Counted from the whole stretch's first letter, positions 39,588 to 52,896 are shown. The stretch: 63,387 nucleotides of DNA, filler included, from Octopus bimaculoides (GCF_001194135.2; 5 parts of 5 records of this genome joined end to end with filler, not necessarily neighbours in it); one strand, 5' to 3'. Notes: generated from the letters alone by a model not told the origin. Numbers and translations: made by a program.

Positions 39588-39634
<47 letters not shown>

Positions 39635-40785
39635 ACACTCACACTCACATATACATTGAATTTGGGTCACTCTTGCCACTGGATCTGTCTCCCTCACGGC
39701 GGACATAGTTATCATGCGAAATGTGGATATCTATCAGCACTAAAATCTCAATGCATCGGCCCCTTTCCTTGAATGTGAATTATCGATCTTGAAACTCCGA
39801 GTGATTGTCACTGTGACTGTCGGGATATCATGCACTTTTCCGACGACAGCATACCGATACACACGCAGTTTTTTTCCCTCATTACACTATATAGCAGCAG
39901 CAGTAAAGGCGTAGTTGGTGTGATTCTTCACTGGCTCGCACGACTGCGTCCTCTGTTCACTTGCTTTGTAATTAGTACAGTCATCAAATGATACACAATT
40001 AAAGGAGATATTTGTTAACAATTTCAAGAGATAACCATAACGCCATAAGCATATGTATATATNNNNNNNNNNNNNNNNNNNNNNNNNNNNNNNNNNNNNN
40101 NNNNNNNNNNNNNNNNNNNNNNNNNNNNNNNNNNNNNNNNNNNNNNNNNNNNNNNNNNNNNNNNNNNNNNNNNNNNNNNNNNNNNNNNNNNNNNNNNNNN
40201 NNNNNNNNNNNNNNNNNNNNNNNNNNNNNNNNNNNNNNNNNNNNNNNNNNNNNNNNNNNNNNNNNNNNNNNNNNNNNNNNNNNNNNNNNNNNNNNNNNNN
40301 NNNNNNNNNNNNNNNNNNNNNNNNNNNNNNNNNNNNNNNNNNNNNNNNNNNNNNNNNNNNNNNNNNNNNNNNNNNNNNNNNNNNNNNNNNNNNNNNNNNN
40401 NNNNNNNNNNNNNNNNNNNNNNNNNNNNNNNNNNNNNNNNNNNNNNNNNNNNNNNNNNNNNNNNNNNNNNNNNNNNNNNNNNNNNNNNNNNNNNNNNNNN
40501 NNNNNNNNNNNNNNNNNNNNNNNNNNNNNNNNNNNNNNNNNNNNNNNNNNNNNNNNNNNNNNNNNNNNNNNNNNNNNNNNNNNNNNNNNNNNNNNNNNNN
40601 NNNNNNNNNNNNNNNNNNNNNNNNNNNNNNNNNNNNNNNNNNNNNNNNNNNNNNNNNNNNNNNNNNNNNNNNNNNNNNNNNNNNNNNNNNNNNNNNNNNN
40701 NNNNNNNNNNNNNNNNNNNNNNNNNNNNNNNNNNNNNNNNNNNNNNNNNNNNNNNNNNNNNNNNNNNNNNNNNNNNNNNNNNNNA

Positions 40786-40823
<38 letters not shown>

Positions 40824-40994
40824 TATACATATATATATATGTATATGTATATATATATACACACATATATATATATATATATACATACACACGCACACAT
40901 ACATACATACGCACACATACATGCATACATGCATGCATGCATGCATACATACATACATACATACATACATACATACATAGTTGACTATATGAAG

Positions 40995-41370
40995 ACCGAT
41001 GGGTCAAAAGGTTATTGGTGGAACTTGAAAATTAAAACATCCACCAAGTTAAAACACAACCGGCCAAATATTGTGTGGGACTACCAGAATAAGATGTTTT
41101 CTGTTGTGGAAATCAGCTGCCTTCTTGACACCAAAGTTGTTAGAAAAATACAATAGAAAGAGGATATCTATGGACCATTGACAAGGAGTTTGCAAACCCA
41201 GTACGCAAGACACTTTCAGTTTCATACCTATTATTATTGGAGCAACAGGATAGAAAGTATGGCTGAACTTGGGTTCTTGGGGACAGAACGCTAATACTTA
41301 ATTCATGCACTACAAATGATCTCGATATCTGGGATTATAAATATCTGCAAGACCTTAAGATTTAAAGAAT
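40995..41370 (+). mobile_element. R4/Dong-like LINE RLE fragment
   Basis: KLKHNRPNIVWDYQNKMFSVVEISCLLD..EDIYGPL..ISISGIINICKTLRF. Confidence 0.75.
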
Positions 41371-41642
41371 ACATGCATACATACATACACACATACATAC
41401 ATACATACACACATACATACATACGTACACACATACATACATACACACATACATACATACATACATACATGCATACATACATACATGCATGCATACATAC
41501 ATACATATATACATACATACATACATACATACATACAAGCATACATACATACATACATGCATACATACATACATACATACATGCATACATACATACATAC
41601 ATACATACATACATACATACATACATACATGCATACATACAT
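41371..41642. repeat. (CATA)n microsatellite with CATG variants
   Basis: Directly visible. Confidence 0.95.
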
Positions 41643-41742
41643 NNNNNNNNNNNNNNNNNNNNNNNNNNNNNNNNNNNNNNNNNNNNTTAATTAATTAANN
41701 NNNNNNNNNNNNNNNNNNNNNNNNNNNNNNNNNNNNNNNNNN

Positions 41743-41781
<39 letters not shown>

Positions 41782-42299
41782 GCACATGTATGTATTATAT
41801 ATGTATGTATCTATCTGTATATCTATCTAACTATCGATCGATCGATCGATCTTTCTGTCTTTCACATCACGTTCCTACCATTCATTGCACTGTCTTTTAG
41901 TGAATTCAATAAGAAAGAATGTGGGGAAACTCAAATTTATGTTGCGTTTGTATTTGTTTGCTATCAGATCACCATTTGAAATCCTATTCTTGGGTGTATA
42001 CACTTTCCCTTGATTAGATTCGAGTTGGGAGCTCTTTATTTTTGAATTAAAGACGATAGTAATCTTATCCTCTGGAGTACTTGTAAATACAGTCTTAAGA
42101 AAGTTCACGCACCCAGCAATAAAATACCCGATGATGACTGGAAACCAAACCGGGTAAATAGTTAAAAATTAGTTTAATAGTCTAGGAAAATTATAAATTT
42201 TATAAGCAATAAAACATCCCAGAATTAATATACGTTATGTATTTAATTAAAAATATGCATTTAATGAAAAATATAAGAACAAGCAGAAATGCCTCTGCA

Positions 42300-42990
42300 A
42301 ATTATTATTGAGTAGCCTGATGCTTGTGTTTCTTTGAATTAATTAGTACTTTAGATAAGCTATTAGTAACTTCTTTGAAACAAGAAATGTTAATTTTGTC
42401 CTCTTCAAATCTTATGGCTTTCTGAAGGTGGCAATCCTTTGAAATTTTTACTCCAACTCGTGTGTGCCTAATACATGTCCAAATATTCGGTATGCGATTG
42501 AAATCTAGACTCTGACACAGCCAGAGCATAATTTTAATGGATTTGTTTCTTGGTCTATTTTATCATTGAGCAGTTGTTGAAAAATAGCTATGTTTTTCTT
42601 CTTCAGGTAATATATTTTTTACTGGTTGGGAAATAACCTGTTTCTTAAACAGATCTTAGCGATTTCAAAGGAGGAATTGAATGTTTTCATCTTATAAATT
42701 CAGAAAAATCTACAGATGAAAATGTACTCGGTATTAAGATTCCACCTCCTGCATGCTTTACATTTCTGAGACACTACTATAATGCTGAAATCTTGATTGT
42801 TAACTCTGAAATCTTTCTGAAACAAATCTGAATAAGATTTTGGCCAATTTATCACACTTGACTAAATATGCATTTTGTTCGAAATGTTTTTAATGAAAAG
42901 AGGTTTTGTAGTGCAAAACTAGAAGCAAAACCAACTTCTTTCAGTCTTCTTGCAATGGTCCAAATAGGAAGTCTTGTAACTAGTAATAAT
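42300..42990 (-). mobile_element. Highly decayed Tc1 transposase
   Basis: TIARRLKEVGFASS.., ..VKHAGGGIL.. on the minus strand with many frameshifts. Confidence 0.55.
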
Positions 42991-44238
42991 AAACACTTTC
43001 TATATTACATATCTCTGATGAGCTGACAAAGAGCCGGGCACGATATAAGGGACTAAAGCTTTTAAAGTTACTCTAACGTGCTACAGTCAGTAAAATAATA
43101 AAATAATAAAAGAATTAAGAATATTTTATTAAACTTACTACAACCGTGTCNNNNNNNNNNNNNNNNNNNNNNNNNNNNNNNNNNNNNNNNNNNNNNNNNN
43201 NNNNNNNNNNNNNNNNNNNNNNNNNNNNNNNNNNNNNNNNNNNNNNNNNNNNNNNNNNNNNNNNNNNNNNNNNNNNNNNNNNNNNNNNNNNNNNNNNNNN
43301 NNNNNNNNNNNNNNNNNNNNNNNNNNNNNNNNNNNNNNNNNNNNNNNNNNNNNNNNNNNNNNNNNNNNNNNNNNNNNNNNNNNTTGCTGCGGTTCGCTCG
43401 TAGCAATGTTATAGGATTAGATTATTGCATAAATGTGTGATTGATAAAATAAAAGGAAAAAAAGAAGGTGAACAAAGAAAGAGGTAAAAGGCATTTCAAA
43501 TCCAATATATCAGGACATGCTAAAAATAAAAGATCTTTTAAATTTGACGCAATTATTGTACAAGATAATTAAGTAAATATGTAAAAGAAACATAATTATG
43601 ATAAATAATTTAATGAAAAGATCCAGTTGAGTCAAATCAGGATTGCCACAACTTTGATCACCCCCGTTTAATATTTCTTTTCTGCTTTTGCATTTCACGT
43701 AGTTACTTGACCAAAAAGTATCTTTGCGCAATTTTGAGGTTGAAGCAGCCAAGAAAGGGCCCAGTTCCTGGAAATATTTCATGCAAAGTAGTTCGTAGCA
43801 TTGTTCGACTGTTTTAATATCCTGACTATTCTATTCTCCATAAAGCGAGTCTCTGTCTACTGATCTGTACTGAATTTTGTCCAGAAATCAGTCGCGTAAG
43901 TTTCTTTTAAAATCTCTTCCATCAGTTCTTTGCCGATGTATAGCGAGCTGACATTTAAAGCAGTGTAACGGGACATGGACTCCTCTTCACACTATTTGCT
44001 TCCCTTAGTGTGATTTCTTTTTAAGAGGTTTTCGTTTCGTTTTCTATTTGCTTCTGCATTCTCTAGTATTTTGCCACTCAGCGTATTTTCCATCCTTTCT
44101 TCATTGTCGAAAAGCAATTAAATCTCCTTTAAACTCTCTTTAAACTCTACCCCACTCTCATAGTTTTCTCTACCAAATGAATTTGTGATAGATTTTAAGG
44201 AAAACAAACTTTTCCAACTGAACACAAAATATGCCCGT

Positions 44239-44311
44239 GGGCATATGACGTAGTGGTTAAGAGCGCGGGCCACTAACCCCAAGATTCCGAGTTCGATTCC
44301 AGGCAAGGACC

Positions 44312-44367
<56 letters not shown>

Positions 44368-44510
44368 TAACATCGAAAAATACCTTAGGAATGAGAACCC
44401 AGGTTCGAAATTTCCCCAAGACACCTGATGAAGGCTGGAGGGTATATCAGCCGAAACGTTGTGTTAACAACAAACAAGATGAGGACAAATATCCGTCAAT
44501 TGTAAATAAC
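44239..44510 (+). mobile_element. tRNA-headed SINE-like element with internal (TAA)n and hammerhead ribozyme
   Basis: A box TGACGTAGTGG (44246-44256), B box GAGTTCGATTCC (44289-44300), (TAA)n at 44312-44366, then a body containing the HHR. Confidence 0.75.
44420..44465 (+). ncRNA. Minimal type-I hammerhead ribozyme, intact core
   Basis: GACAC / CTGATGA-A / GGCTG-GAGGGTATAT-CAGCC / GAAAC-GTT / GTGTT. Stems I and II pair, stem III is the palindromic ACGT, cleavage triplet GUU. Confidence 0.75.
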
Positions 44511-44593
44511 TTTAAGGTTGAGCATGTCAGTTTGCAAACACGCTGCTGCTGCTGATGACGACGACAACGACAACAACAACAACAACAACAACA

Positions 44594-45262
44594 ATATCCT
44601 CACATCCATATTAACTGACAGAATATACGCTTTCCTTGAGAAGAGAACTATCCTTCCATACGTTAAAAAAGGCTGTAAAAAGAATTCTTATGGATGCAAA
44701 AATCAATTACTCATAAGTAAAATGATTGTAGAGAACTGCCGGAGTAAAAAGGAAAACTCGAGTATGGCATGGATAAACTGCAGGACAGCGTTTAGTAGTG
44801 TCCCACATAATTGGATACTCAAGGCCTTTCAGATATATAAGATCTTAGTTGTCTTCTCCAAATTCTTACAAGGTACCATGGTCAAGTAGAACACACGTCT
44901 CCTTCTAAACCATAGTAATGGGATGAGCCAAACTAACAACATCAACATCAAACGAGGCATCTTTCAAGGTGACTCTCTCTCTCCATTACTCTTTTGCATG
45001 GCACTGATCCCACTCTCATACGAACTAAATAACACCAGGTATGGTTTCAAAGTTCGCAATACGGCAATAAACCGTCTGTTTACTATGGACGATCTGAAAC
45101 TGTTTGCTAGAAATGACGAAGAGCTAGTGGGGCTGCTAACAACTGCTATAGAATTCAGCAATGACATCGGGATGGACTTTGGTCTTAATAAGTGTGCTAA
45201 AGAAACTTTTGTAAGAGGCAAGCTCAAGCAAACAACTTCCATTAAATTAGATACCGACACTA
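44594..45262 (+). mobile_element. R4/Dong-like LINE reverse transcriptase fragment inserted after (AAC)n
   Basis: KGCKKNSYGCKNQLLISK..AFSSVPHNWI..KRGIFQGDSLSPLLFCMAL..TMDDLKLFA..DIGMDFGLNKCA. Confidence 0.9.
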
Positions 45263-45264
45263 CC

Positions 45265-45625
45265 AGAAGCGTGACCCACAAGAGCAACCTTCACAATGGA
45301 CTCGGATAACCGGATCCGTCCTGAATGCGTCAACAGCTGTTCGACAACGCTCCACAATTCAGCAATACCTGAACATGCAGAACAGTTTCATCGCCTTGCA
45401 CACATCTCGGACAGGTCATTCTGACGGCATTTCCGAACCGACAGAGCTCCTCAGTAACACTTGAGGTCAGGGATTTCTAGAAATTATCCATTGGCCCTGA
45501 CCCGGAAATCCTCTGTAAAAGACCAAACAGCTGATCCCTCCCTATGCCCAGAGTTTCCCCAAGAATGTTGTCACCCTTGCCCCTCACTAATCCCCAACAG
45601 AACTTCCACCGACCGCATTGCCCGA
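45265..45625 (-). mobile_element. Tx1/L1-like LINE C-terminal zinc-binding (zf-RVT) fragment
   Basis: ..LCRFGNAVRMTCPRCVQGDETVLHV.. (CxxC..ETxxH). Confidence 0.6.
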
Positions 45626-47151
45626 TCGGTAGAGGGCTATGTACGTAAAGACGAACGAAATGCCGCTAAGAATTTTGCCCGGCTTGCTAATGATTTTGCT
45701 TGTTCACAACAACAAAAGCAACAACAAAAATAACGACTATAAGGATAGTATTAGTAATAAAGAAAGTTTTTACATACGTAATTTCGAATAGATATTGCCA
45801 TATTTTACTTTGATTTTAAAGAATGATAACTAATAATGATTAAAGCCGTACCGAGATAATGGTTTGATCCGTCATGCCAAATTGTTTTCATACGGCAACT
45901 TGTATTGGTATTCAGGCATTCATACCTCCAGGAACTTTCGCTGTAAGTACTGTTTGTCATATTGAACGATACAAGATATGGCTGTTTACACGAATAAGCT
46001 GTTAAAAAAATATATAAAACTGCGTGTTATAGTAAACAGAACTTTAATATTTGCTTACTTAAATGTATTATTACAACGTGGGCACATCTATAATATATAT
46101 ATATATATATATATACATAATTCACGGCCACTAAAATGTGATGAAGGGTGGAGGGAGCAGCAGTTCTAGGTATTGACAAGGGAGGTAATCTACCCACCAC
46201 AAACGAGAAACATTACATTGGCATGCCAATCTCGCATGGAAATTAATGCTCATCAGTAATGCTTCCTCTATCGTGGAAAGTGAAGTTTAATTTATCTTGT
46301 CAGTATATATAGAATCTACCACAGGAATCAGTGGCTGATTCCGCAAAATGGTGATGTGAAAATTATAAAATAATTAAAGTGGCTAATGCCACTCGCCTGC
46401 ATTGGGGATGTTATTTCCCTTGTCAGTAAACAAAACGTGTTTCTGTGGCTAGAGATTCTTCGACTCTTATTTCTAGTAATGCTGGTCACTTTTTAACGAC
46501 GGTGCATTATTTGCTTTTTGGTTTTGAATTGCTTATAGCCACCTGAATAATTTTACACACGCTCATATGTGTGTATATATATANNNNNNNNNNNNNNNNN
46601 NNNNNNNNNNNNNNNNNNNNNNNNNNNNNNNNNNNNNNNNNNNNNNNNNNNNNNNNNNNNNNNNNNNNNNNNNNNNNNNNNNNNNNNNNNNNNNNNNNNN
46701 NNNNNNNNNNNNNNNNNNNNNNNNNNNNNNNNNNNNNNNNNNNNNNNNNNNNNNNNNNNNNNNNNNNNNNNNNNNNNNNNNNNNNNNNNNNNNNNNNNNN
46801 NNNNNNNNNNNNNNNNNNNNNNNNNNNNNNNNNNNNNNNNNNNNNNNNNNNNNNNNNNNNNNNNNNNNNNNNNNNNNNNNNNNNNNNNNNNNNNNNNNNN
46901 NNNNNNNNNNNNNNNNNNNNNNNNNNNNNNNNNNNNNNNNNNNNNNNNNNNNNNNNNNNNNNNNNNNNNNNNNNNNNNNNNNNNNNNNNNNNNNNNNNNN
47001 NNNNNNNNNNNNNNNNNNNNNNNNNNNNNNNNNNNNNNNNNNNNNNNNNNNNNNNNNNNNNNNNNNNNNNNNNNNNNNNNNNNNNNNNNNNNNNNNNNNN
47101 NNNNNNNNNNNNNNNNNNNNNNNNNNNNNNNNNNNNNNNNNNNNNTATATG

Positions 47152-47184
<33 letters not shown>

Positions 47185-48184
47185 TAGCAAACACTCATCC
47201 TTTGGACGATTTAAGTTGGTTTGGTGGTATTTTTTTCACCAAATAATTGAACTACTGAGAAGGTCTATGAGTAGCACGGCAATCTACGTTTCTGATTAAC
47301 TTCGGAACAGAAAGCCAAAGGCTGGTTATTGTGGTGGTCGTTGCACTTTAATGGTGGTAGAACATATAACTTTGCAAGCGATGCAAAGTAGAGCTACTGA
47401 AGTATTTTGGAAGAAGATTACCGATAATGACTACACAATATAATTGTTTTACATATAAGCGAAATTTCTTGTCAGAAACTGCCACATAAATGGTGTAAGA
47501 AAATTGAAGGAAGACGTTGAAGCTTCCTCTCTGCGAGTTTATCTTATTCAACAGCAAAGGGGATCATTTCTTTAGAGAGAAGTATGATTGGTACGTTCAA
47601 AAATGGCAATATAATACCTATTTGAAAATGTAGAGTCAAAGGAATGTATTTGCTCCGTGCTTACAGCGTACGACCACTCTGAAATTGACTTCAGGTATCG
47701 AAAAATAAAGACATGAAGAGTTTGACTTCAGTTCACGAGTACTACTTTGAAACTTTAGCAGTTCGCTGTGAAAAGACATCGCGTTCGAAATTTCATAATG
47801 GATAGGTAAATAAGCATACTCAAAGTGAAACAACGTATTGGTAGGTAAACAAAGGTATCAACAAATAGAAGAGATGAAATGGAACATCACCTTTCAAGTA
47901 ACTCAGAATAGGTAGCGGTAAGCGTGCAGTTCAAATATGGAGATTAAGATTGTTTGATATTGGATATTCATTGCGTACAGTGTTCCTAGTCAATTTAATC
48001 ACCGTCGCAGGTGGACAGTCGAAGTAAATAAAAAGACAAAATCCTTTCACTTCTATAATATTCTCTAACCAAGTAATAATACACAATTACAACATATATA
48101 TAAATAATAAATAAAAGAAATGAGAAAACCACCAAAAATATTCTCTAATGCCAATATACGACCATGCAGATTAAAAAAGTATAG

Positions 48185-48385
48185 AAGACCCTACATACAA
48201 TGAATTAGAGAAAAAACCTGTAGAAACCACCGTTTGTTCCTGTTTGTCCATTTACGTGGGAGTTCTGAACAAAATGTTACAATGCATGACCATCCATGGG
48301 ACATAAGTAATGTGTGTGTAAAGTTTGGGGAAAATCGGTTGAGAATTGTGGAAATGTATGCGTTAGTCAATATACACACACATAC
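48185..48385 (+). mobile_element. Possible Helentron-associated (HINE/DINE-like) non-autonomous repeat
   Basis: AAGTTTGGGGAAAATCGGTTGAG..(CA)n-type 3' portion resembles HINE-like elements; termini not confirmed. Confidence 0.3.
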
Positions 48386-48419
48386 TGTGACTTATATATG
48401 CTAGATATGCATGTGTACG

Positions 48420-48487
<68 letters not shown>

Positions 48488-48494
<7 letters not shown>

Positions 48495-48845
48495 TGCGAT
48501 GGGTAAATTTCGCCATTTTATGAACTTAATTTCGCACACGAGCATTGCTTGTTCTTGATTCTGCCGATTACACAGTTGGGCAAAAAAGTGAAAAACAGCC
48601 CTGTGACGCAATTTTCTCTGCCAGAAATTTGAAAACGACATGCTGTACTGCTTGGCATTCGCACCGGAAGCTCCAATACGGACATTTCAGAGTATTTGGG
48701 TGTCAATCTGAGGACAGTGTAGAGGATTCAGAAAGAGATGGATGATTTTAATGATTATGACGGTACGGCAGCTCGGAAAACTCACTCTGATCGTCCTGAT
48801 AATAAAAGAACTTCTGAATTTGTTGGCGAAATCCAGGCCGTTCCT
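48488..48845 (+). mobile_element. maT-like Tc1/mariner 5' fragment
   Basis: ..EIWKRHAVLLGIRTGSSNTDISEYLGVNLRTV*RIQKE..ARKTHSDRPDNKRTSEFV, similar in style to the N-terminus of the 36289-37479 element. Confidence 0.65.
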
Positions 48846-48859
48846 TTCTGCAAATGTTC

Positions 48860-49185
48860 GACCACAAACAGTGAATAGAGGAAGACTAATTTTATCCGGA
48901 TTTTTATGATGAACCTGAATTGCAGCATTGTACAATTCACTAACGGCAGCTAATTCAACATTACCACCGTATTTTCCATCCCTAATCATGTATGCTTGGT
49001 ATTCCTGCAGTGTATTATTCGGAATAAAAGAATGAAAATACTTCCAATTATTGCATATGTATCGTACGGACTCTTCCCAAAGATTACGGTAATTCCCGTT
49101 GTTTTTGAGTTAGAGTGACACAGCTCTGAACACAAACAGTTACTATCGCCCATGACTTTATTAAAGTGGTGAATTAATAAATCAA
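48860..49185 (-). pseudogene. Decayed OTU-family cysteine protease domain
   Basis: MGDSNCL-(2-nt frameshift)-FRAVSL*LKNNGNYRNLWEESVRYICNNWKYFHSFIPNNTLQEYQAYMIRDGKYGGNVELAAVSELYNAAIQVH. Includes the catalytic-Cys box and the (W/Y)GG..EL motif; no intron. Confidence 0.75.
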
Positions 49186-49588
49186 TGTAATTGTTGAATG
49201 TTTTTCAATAAATTCAGTAAAGGACTTCACTTTCAGTTTAAACTTTAGATGGTTTTGTGAACAGAACGTGACGGAAAATTACAACACCAAAAGGGATAAT
49301 TGATAGCAATTTCCCCTTTAGAAATCTATCTTTCTAGCTTTGAGATAGATGAATGTGTGATTATAATTTTGTAAATGATAAAAACGAAATTAATAAGGTA
49401 CTTCACCTTCAATGTTGACTTGAAAAGAAAAGTGATTCGACTAAGCATTTAGCAAACGATAACTTCTTTATCATTTGTTCATAAATGGAAAAAAGGAATA
49501 CTTCGGTTATTTCCGGATAATTTCGCTTTAGACGTTGTCAAATACTTGTCTATAGATTTGTGAGTGTGTGTATGTGTGTGTTACAAAG

Positions 49589-49654
<66 letters not shown>

Positions 49655-50844
49655 ACACGATGGAGACAGAAAGTGATTGAAAGCGTGCGCGTGTGTATCT
49701 CTGAATGACAACTGTATTAACGTTACTATCCTACTGAGACTCTTTATTTGTCGCTTACACAACTCTGTCCTCTCATTCCTTGATATCAATCACACTCTCT
49801 ATGCCACTTGTTTCCCTTCACATTATCGCTAAGGAAGACGAAAATGACGAACGCAAAATTCTCGATCGAAGACAGCTACATGCCAAACTAAAACTATCGC
49901 TCATTGGTTGATTGAATTGAAAATTAACCAATAAACGTTATTACCACCCGACTATAATATTCTGTGTCTGACAGATATGTTTTCCTAATTATCACATATT
50001 TATATAAATTACTCAATAGTTTTAAAACGCAATTCAAATCCAGATATTTCATGTGAAGGATAACTATGATGGATGTAGAGTAAATATTTAATACGAGATA
50101 ATCTTTACGTTGAAACTAACCGTAATATTCATATTAATTATAATGATAAATATTAATTTCATTTGTAAAAGATCATGTGCTAAGATTATTAACGTCTATT
50201 AACTTTGAATTTCAGTGAGCCTACTTCTCGACCTGCTGGAATTGCATCTCATGGATCTGTTGCTATGGTATTTGTAGCTCTTGCTCTGCCCCAGTCATCT
50301 TATATGTAATGTCAGTTAACGATATATTAGGTGTAACTCTCTTTTAAGGATTGTGTGAACGAAAAGCTATTGTACCTTATATCACTGTCATGAAATAATT
50401 AAGCTTCAAATTTATATAAACAAGGGAAAGGAAATAGTTATTAATTATGAGCTGTTGAACGTAAATTTTAGATTAAAAACCAAAGTGCTTGATTCGACCT
50501 GCTGGTTATAACAGCCAAGTCTTTCTTAAATCACAACTATACACTTTCCTTTTTTTAGGAAAGGTGGCCGTCATTTGAGGGAAATTTAAATGAGATAATA
50601 AAGGTAGGTGTGATTTGAGGGAGAGATTGAAAAATGTACTCTTATTTCCATATTGCCTGAAAGAGATGAGATCAGAATCATTGGAACACTTTTAATCATA
50701 GGTTTGCCTGATCAACGTTGACTTGGTATAAAATAGCAATGAAATTATCGATATTAAGTGCATACGTGTGCCATTTCAATTCTGTGAATTCATTTCCTTT
50801 ATTTAACCTACACGAAGAAGAACATAATTTACTTAAAACCTTAC

Positions 50845-51003
50845 GACATGCTTTTGGTTTCGACCAAACGGCGGTATCCAGACAATTTGATTTTCTAATG
50901 TCATCTCCACGCAAATTCGCCAAACAACTGTATTTCACAGACCACTCATCTATCCAAGTGATCACTGAGGAGTTTAACGGGAGTGGTACACCACAGTCAA
51001 TGT
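50845..51003 (-). CDS. Exon 3 (Sushi/CCP module) of the secreted PAN-EGF-Sushi gene
   Basis: catag|AC..TGT C|gtaagg; 159 nt, phase 1-1; (D)IDCGVPLPL..VKYSCLANLRG..NCLDTAVWSKPKAC shows four Cys plus the conserved Trp. Confidence 0.85.
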
Positions 51004-51606
51004 CTATGTTATTTTTTAGATGTAAAAAAGAGAAGAAGAAACGCATTTGTCAAATATTAATAGTATAGCAAGATGGGAAAAAACAAACAAAGAATGAAAC
51101 TTTAACAATTTGGTGTTATAATTCCCAAACTAGGAGCGAAACGGCATATTGGACTNNNNNNNNNNNNNNNNNNNNNNNNNNNNNNNNNNNNNNNNNNNNN
51201 NNNNNNNNNNNNNNNNNNNNNNNNNNNNNNNNNNNNNNNNNNNNNNNNNNNNNNNNNNNNNNNAATACTATACCATGTCAGTCATTATTGATTTCTCTAA
51301 TTAGAAGAGTAATTTTTGAATTAGAGGTATATATCAAGAAAAAATCCCCTCAATATATTACTGGTATTCATTCTTTCTGACCTACTGAATAATATAATCC
51401 CCGTGCCATTTGTACGTCTAACTGCTACTGTTATTCTTCAGGCATCTCTAACGCTTTTATACCAAATAATATTCATTCTTTTTACTCTACAGAGACCACT
51501 TCTTATACGGGGGCGAGTAGAGACAAATGGATCGATATGCAGAATATTACAGATACTTATTTTTTTGACATCGAATTCTAAGAGAAGTTGACTTCAATGA
51601 TGCTTG

Positions 51607-52560
51607 TACGGGGGTGGACTGAAAATTTCATAGGCTCACTATGGATGAGTGATGCTAGAGTTGTGAAATCTTGCAAGCATTAATTTCAACACATTTTGTT
51701 AATAACAGCACAATTTCTTACCAGAAAAACTGATATCTCACTGTTCAAAGAAACTTAAGTGTAACTAGTAGCAACATCTCTTGAAAACGGGCAATATCCG
51801 GCATAGTGGTGTTCTCAATTACCTGCAGAAAAGAGGTTTAGCTCTCACAGATATTCATGCTGACATGGTTGCTATGGGAGAGTCTTGAAGATACCTCAAG
51901 GTGTGGACGTCCTGCAACTGCGTCCGCCGAGCAAAACAGTGATTATGTTCACCACATTGTGATGGAGGACAAACAATTGTCTATAAATCAAATAGCAAAT
52001 GCTATTAGCATATCTCGTGAGGGAGTTCAGATTATTTTGCACAATAAACTTGGCGTGATGAAGGTTTCTGCTCGGTGGGCGCCAAGTCGTATTACACCTA
52101 ATCAAAAACACACCGGTTCGATTATAGCACGGGGAAATCTGACATTGTTTGAGGCATATCCAGCTAGATTTCTTGAATAGTTGGATGAAGATTGGGGTTA
52201 TAGCTTTGAGCCAGAGACAAAGAGACAATCTATGCAGTAGAAACACTCTTCGTCACCCGCTCCAAAGAAAGCCAAGGTCATTTCATCTGCAGTGAAAGTG
52301 ATGGCCGCACTTTTTTTGGGATGCAAAAGCATTGTGTTTATTGACTATCTTCAAAAGTGCCACACCATCAATGAAGAGTTCTATCACAACTTGCTGAGGC
52401 AATTGCGAAAGACTATCAAGACCAAACACGAAGGAAAACTGACGAAGATATCTTTTCATCAGGGCAATGCTCCAGCACAACAGTCCTTGGTTTCAATGGC
52501 TGCTGTGTGAAACTGTGGCTTTGAACAAGTTGAGCAACCTCCCTTTTCTCCCATATTAAT
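51607..52560 (+). mobile_element. Decayed mariner transposase
   Basis: ..HNKLGVMKVSARWAP.., ..VMAALFLGCKSIVFIDYLQKCHTINEEFY..FHQGNAPA..PPFSP. Confidence 0.8.
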
Positions 52561-52635
52561 GAGTTTTCTGTTTGTTAATAAAAGACTGTTGTAGAACAGG
52601 ATAGTTAGAATAATTTTAGAATATGACTAATTGTA

Positions 52636-52896
52636 CGAGGGGTTGTTGAAAAGTTCCTGACTTTAAGGGTATCTCGAAAGGCCCGATTGGAGGCCCAAAC
52701 TTCCGAGTGCTTACAAAAACCTGCTTAAAAAACCTAAAGGATCCCTGTAAGAAAAACACCTGTGCTTAAAAAACCTGAAGGAGCGCTGCGATAAATGTGT
52801 GAATCTTAGAGGGGCATATGACGAATAAAAGCATAATCAACCGATCCTCCTGTATTTTCTTTTATCCAAAGTCAGAAACTTTTCAGCACCTCCTCG
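52636..52896. mobile_element. Mariner-type MITE with TA TSD
   Basis: TA+CGAGGGGTTGTTGAAAAGTTCCTGACTTT ... AAAGTCAGAAACTTTTCAGCACCTCCTCG+TA. Confidence 0.75.

Noticed and set aside
43014-43045. CTGATGAG followed by a short GCT/AGC stem
   Set aside because: No GAAA downstream and no stem I or III; probably chance.
43430-44130. Coding-looking minus-strand island (ORF 43510-43782 and upstream)
   Set aside because: Several stops and frameshifts, no recognisable motif and no clean splice sites; possibly a decayed LINE ORF1, but unsupported.
44239-44311. Genuine tRNA gene (also 34838-34905)
   Set aside because: A and B boxes are present, but the acceptor and T stems do not pair properly; these are SINE heads.
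47200-47880. Non-repetitive stretch suggestive of a decayed transposase
   Set aside because: Stops in all frames and no diagnostic catalytic motif identifiable.
50718-51068. Plus-strand 116-aa ORF
   Set aside because: Antisense shadow of the Sushi exon; no domain features.
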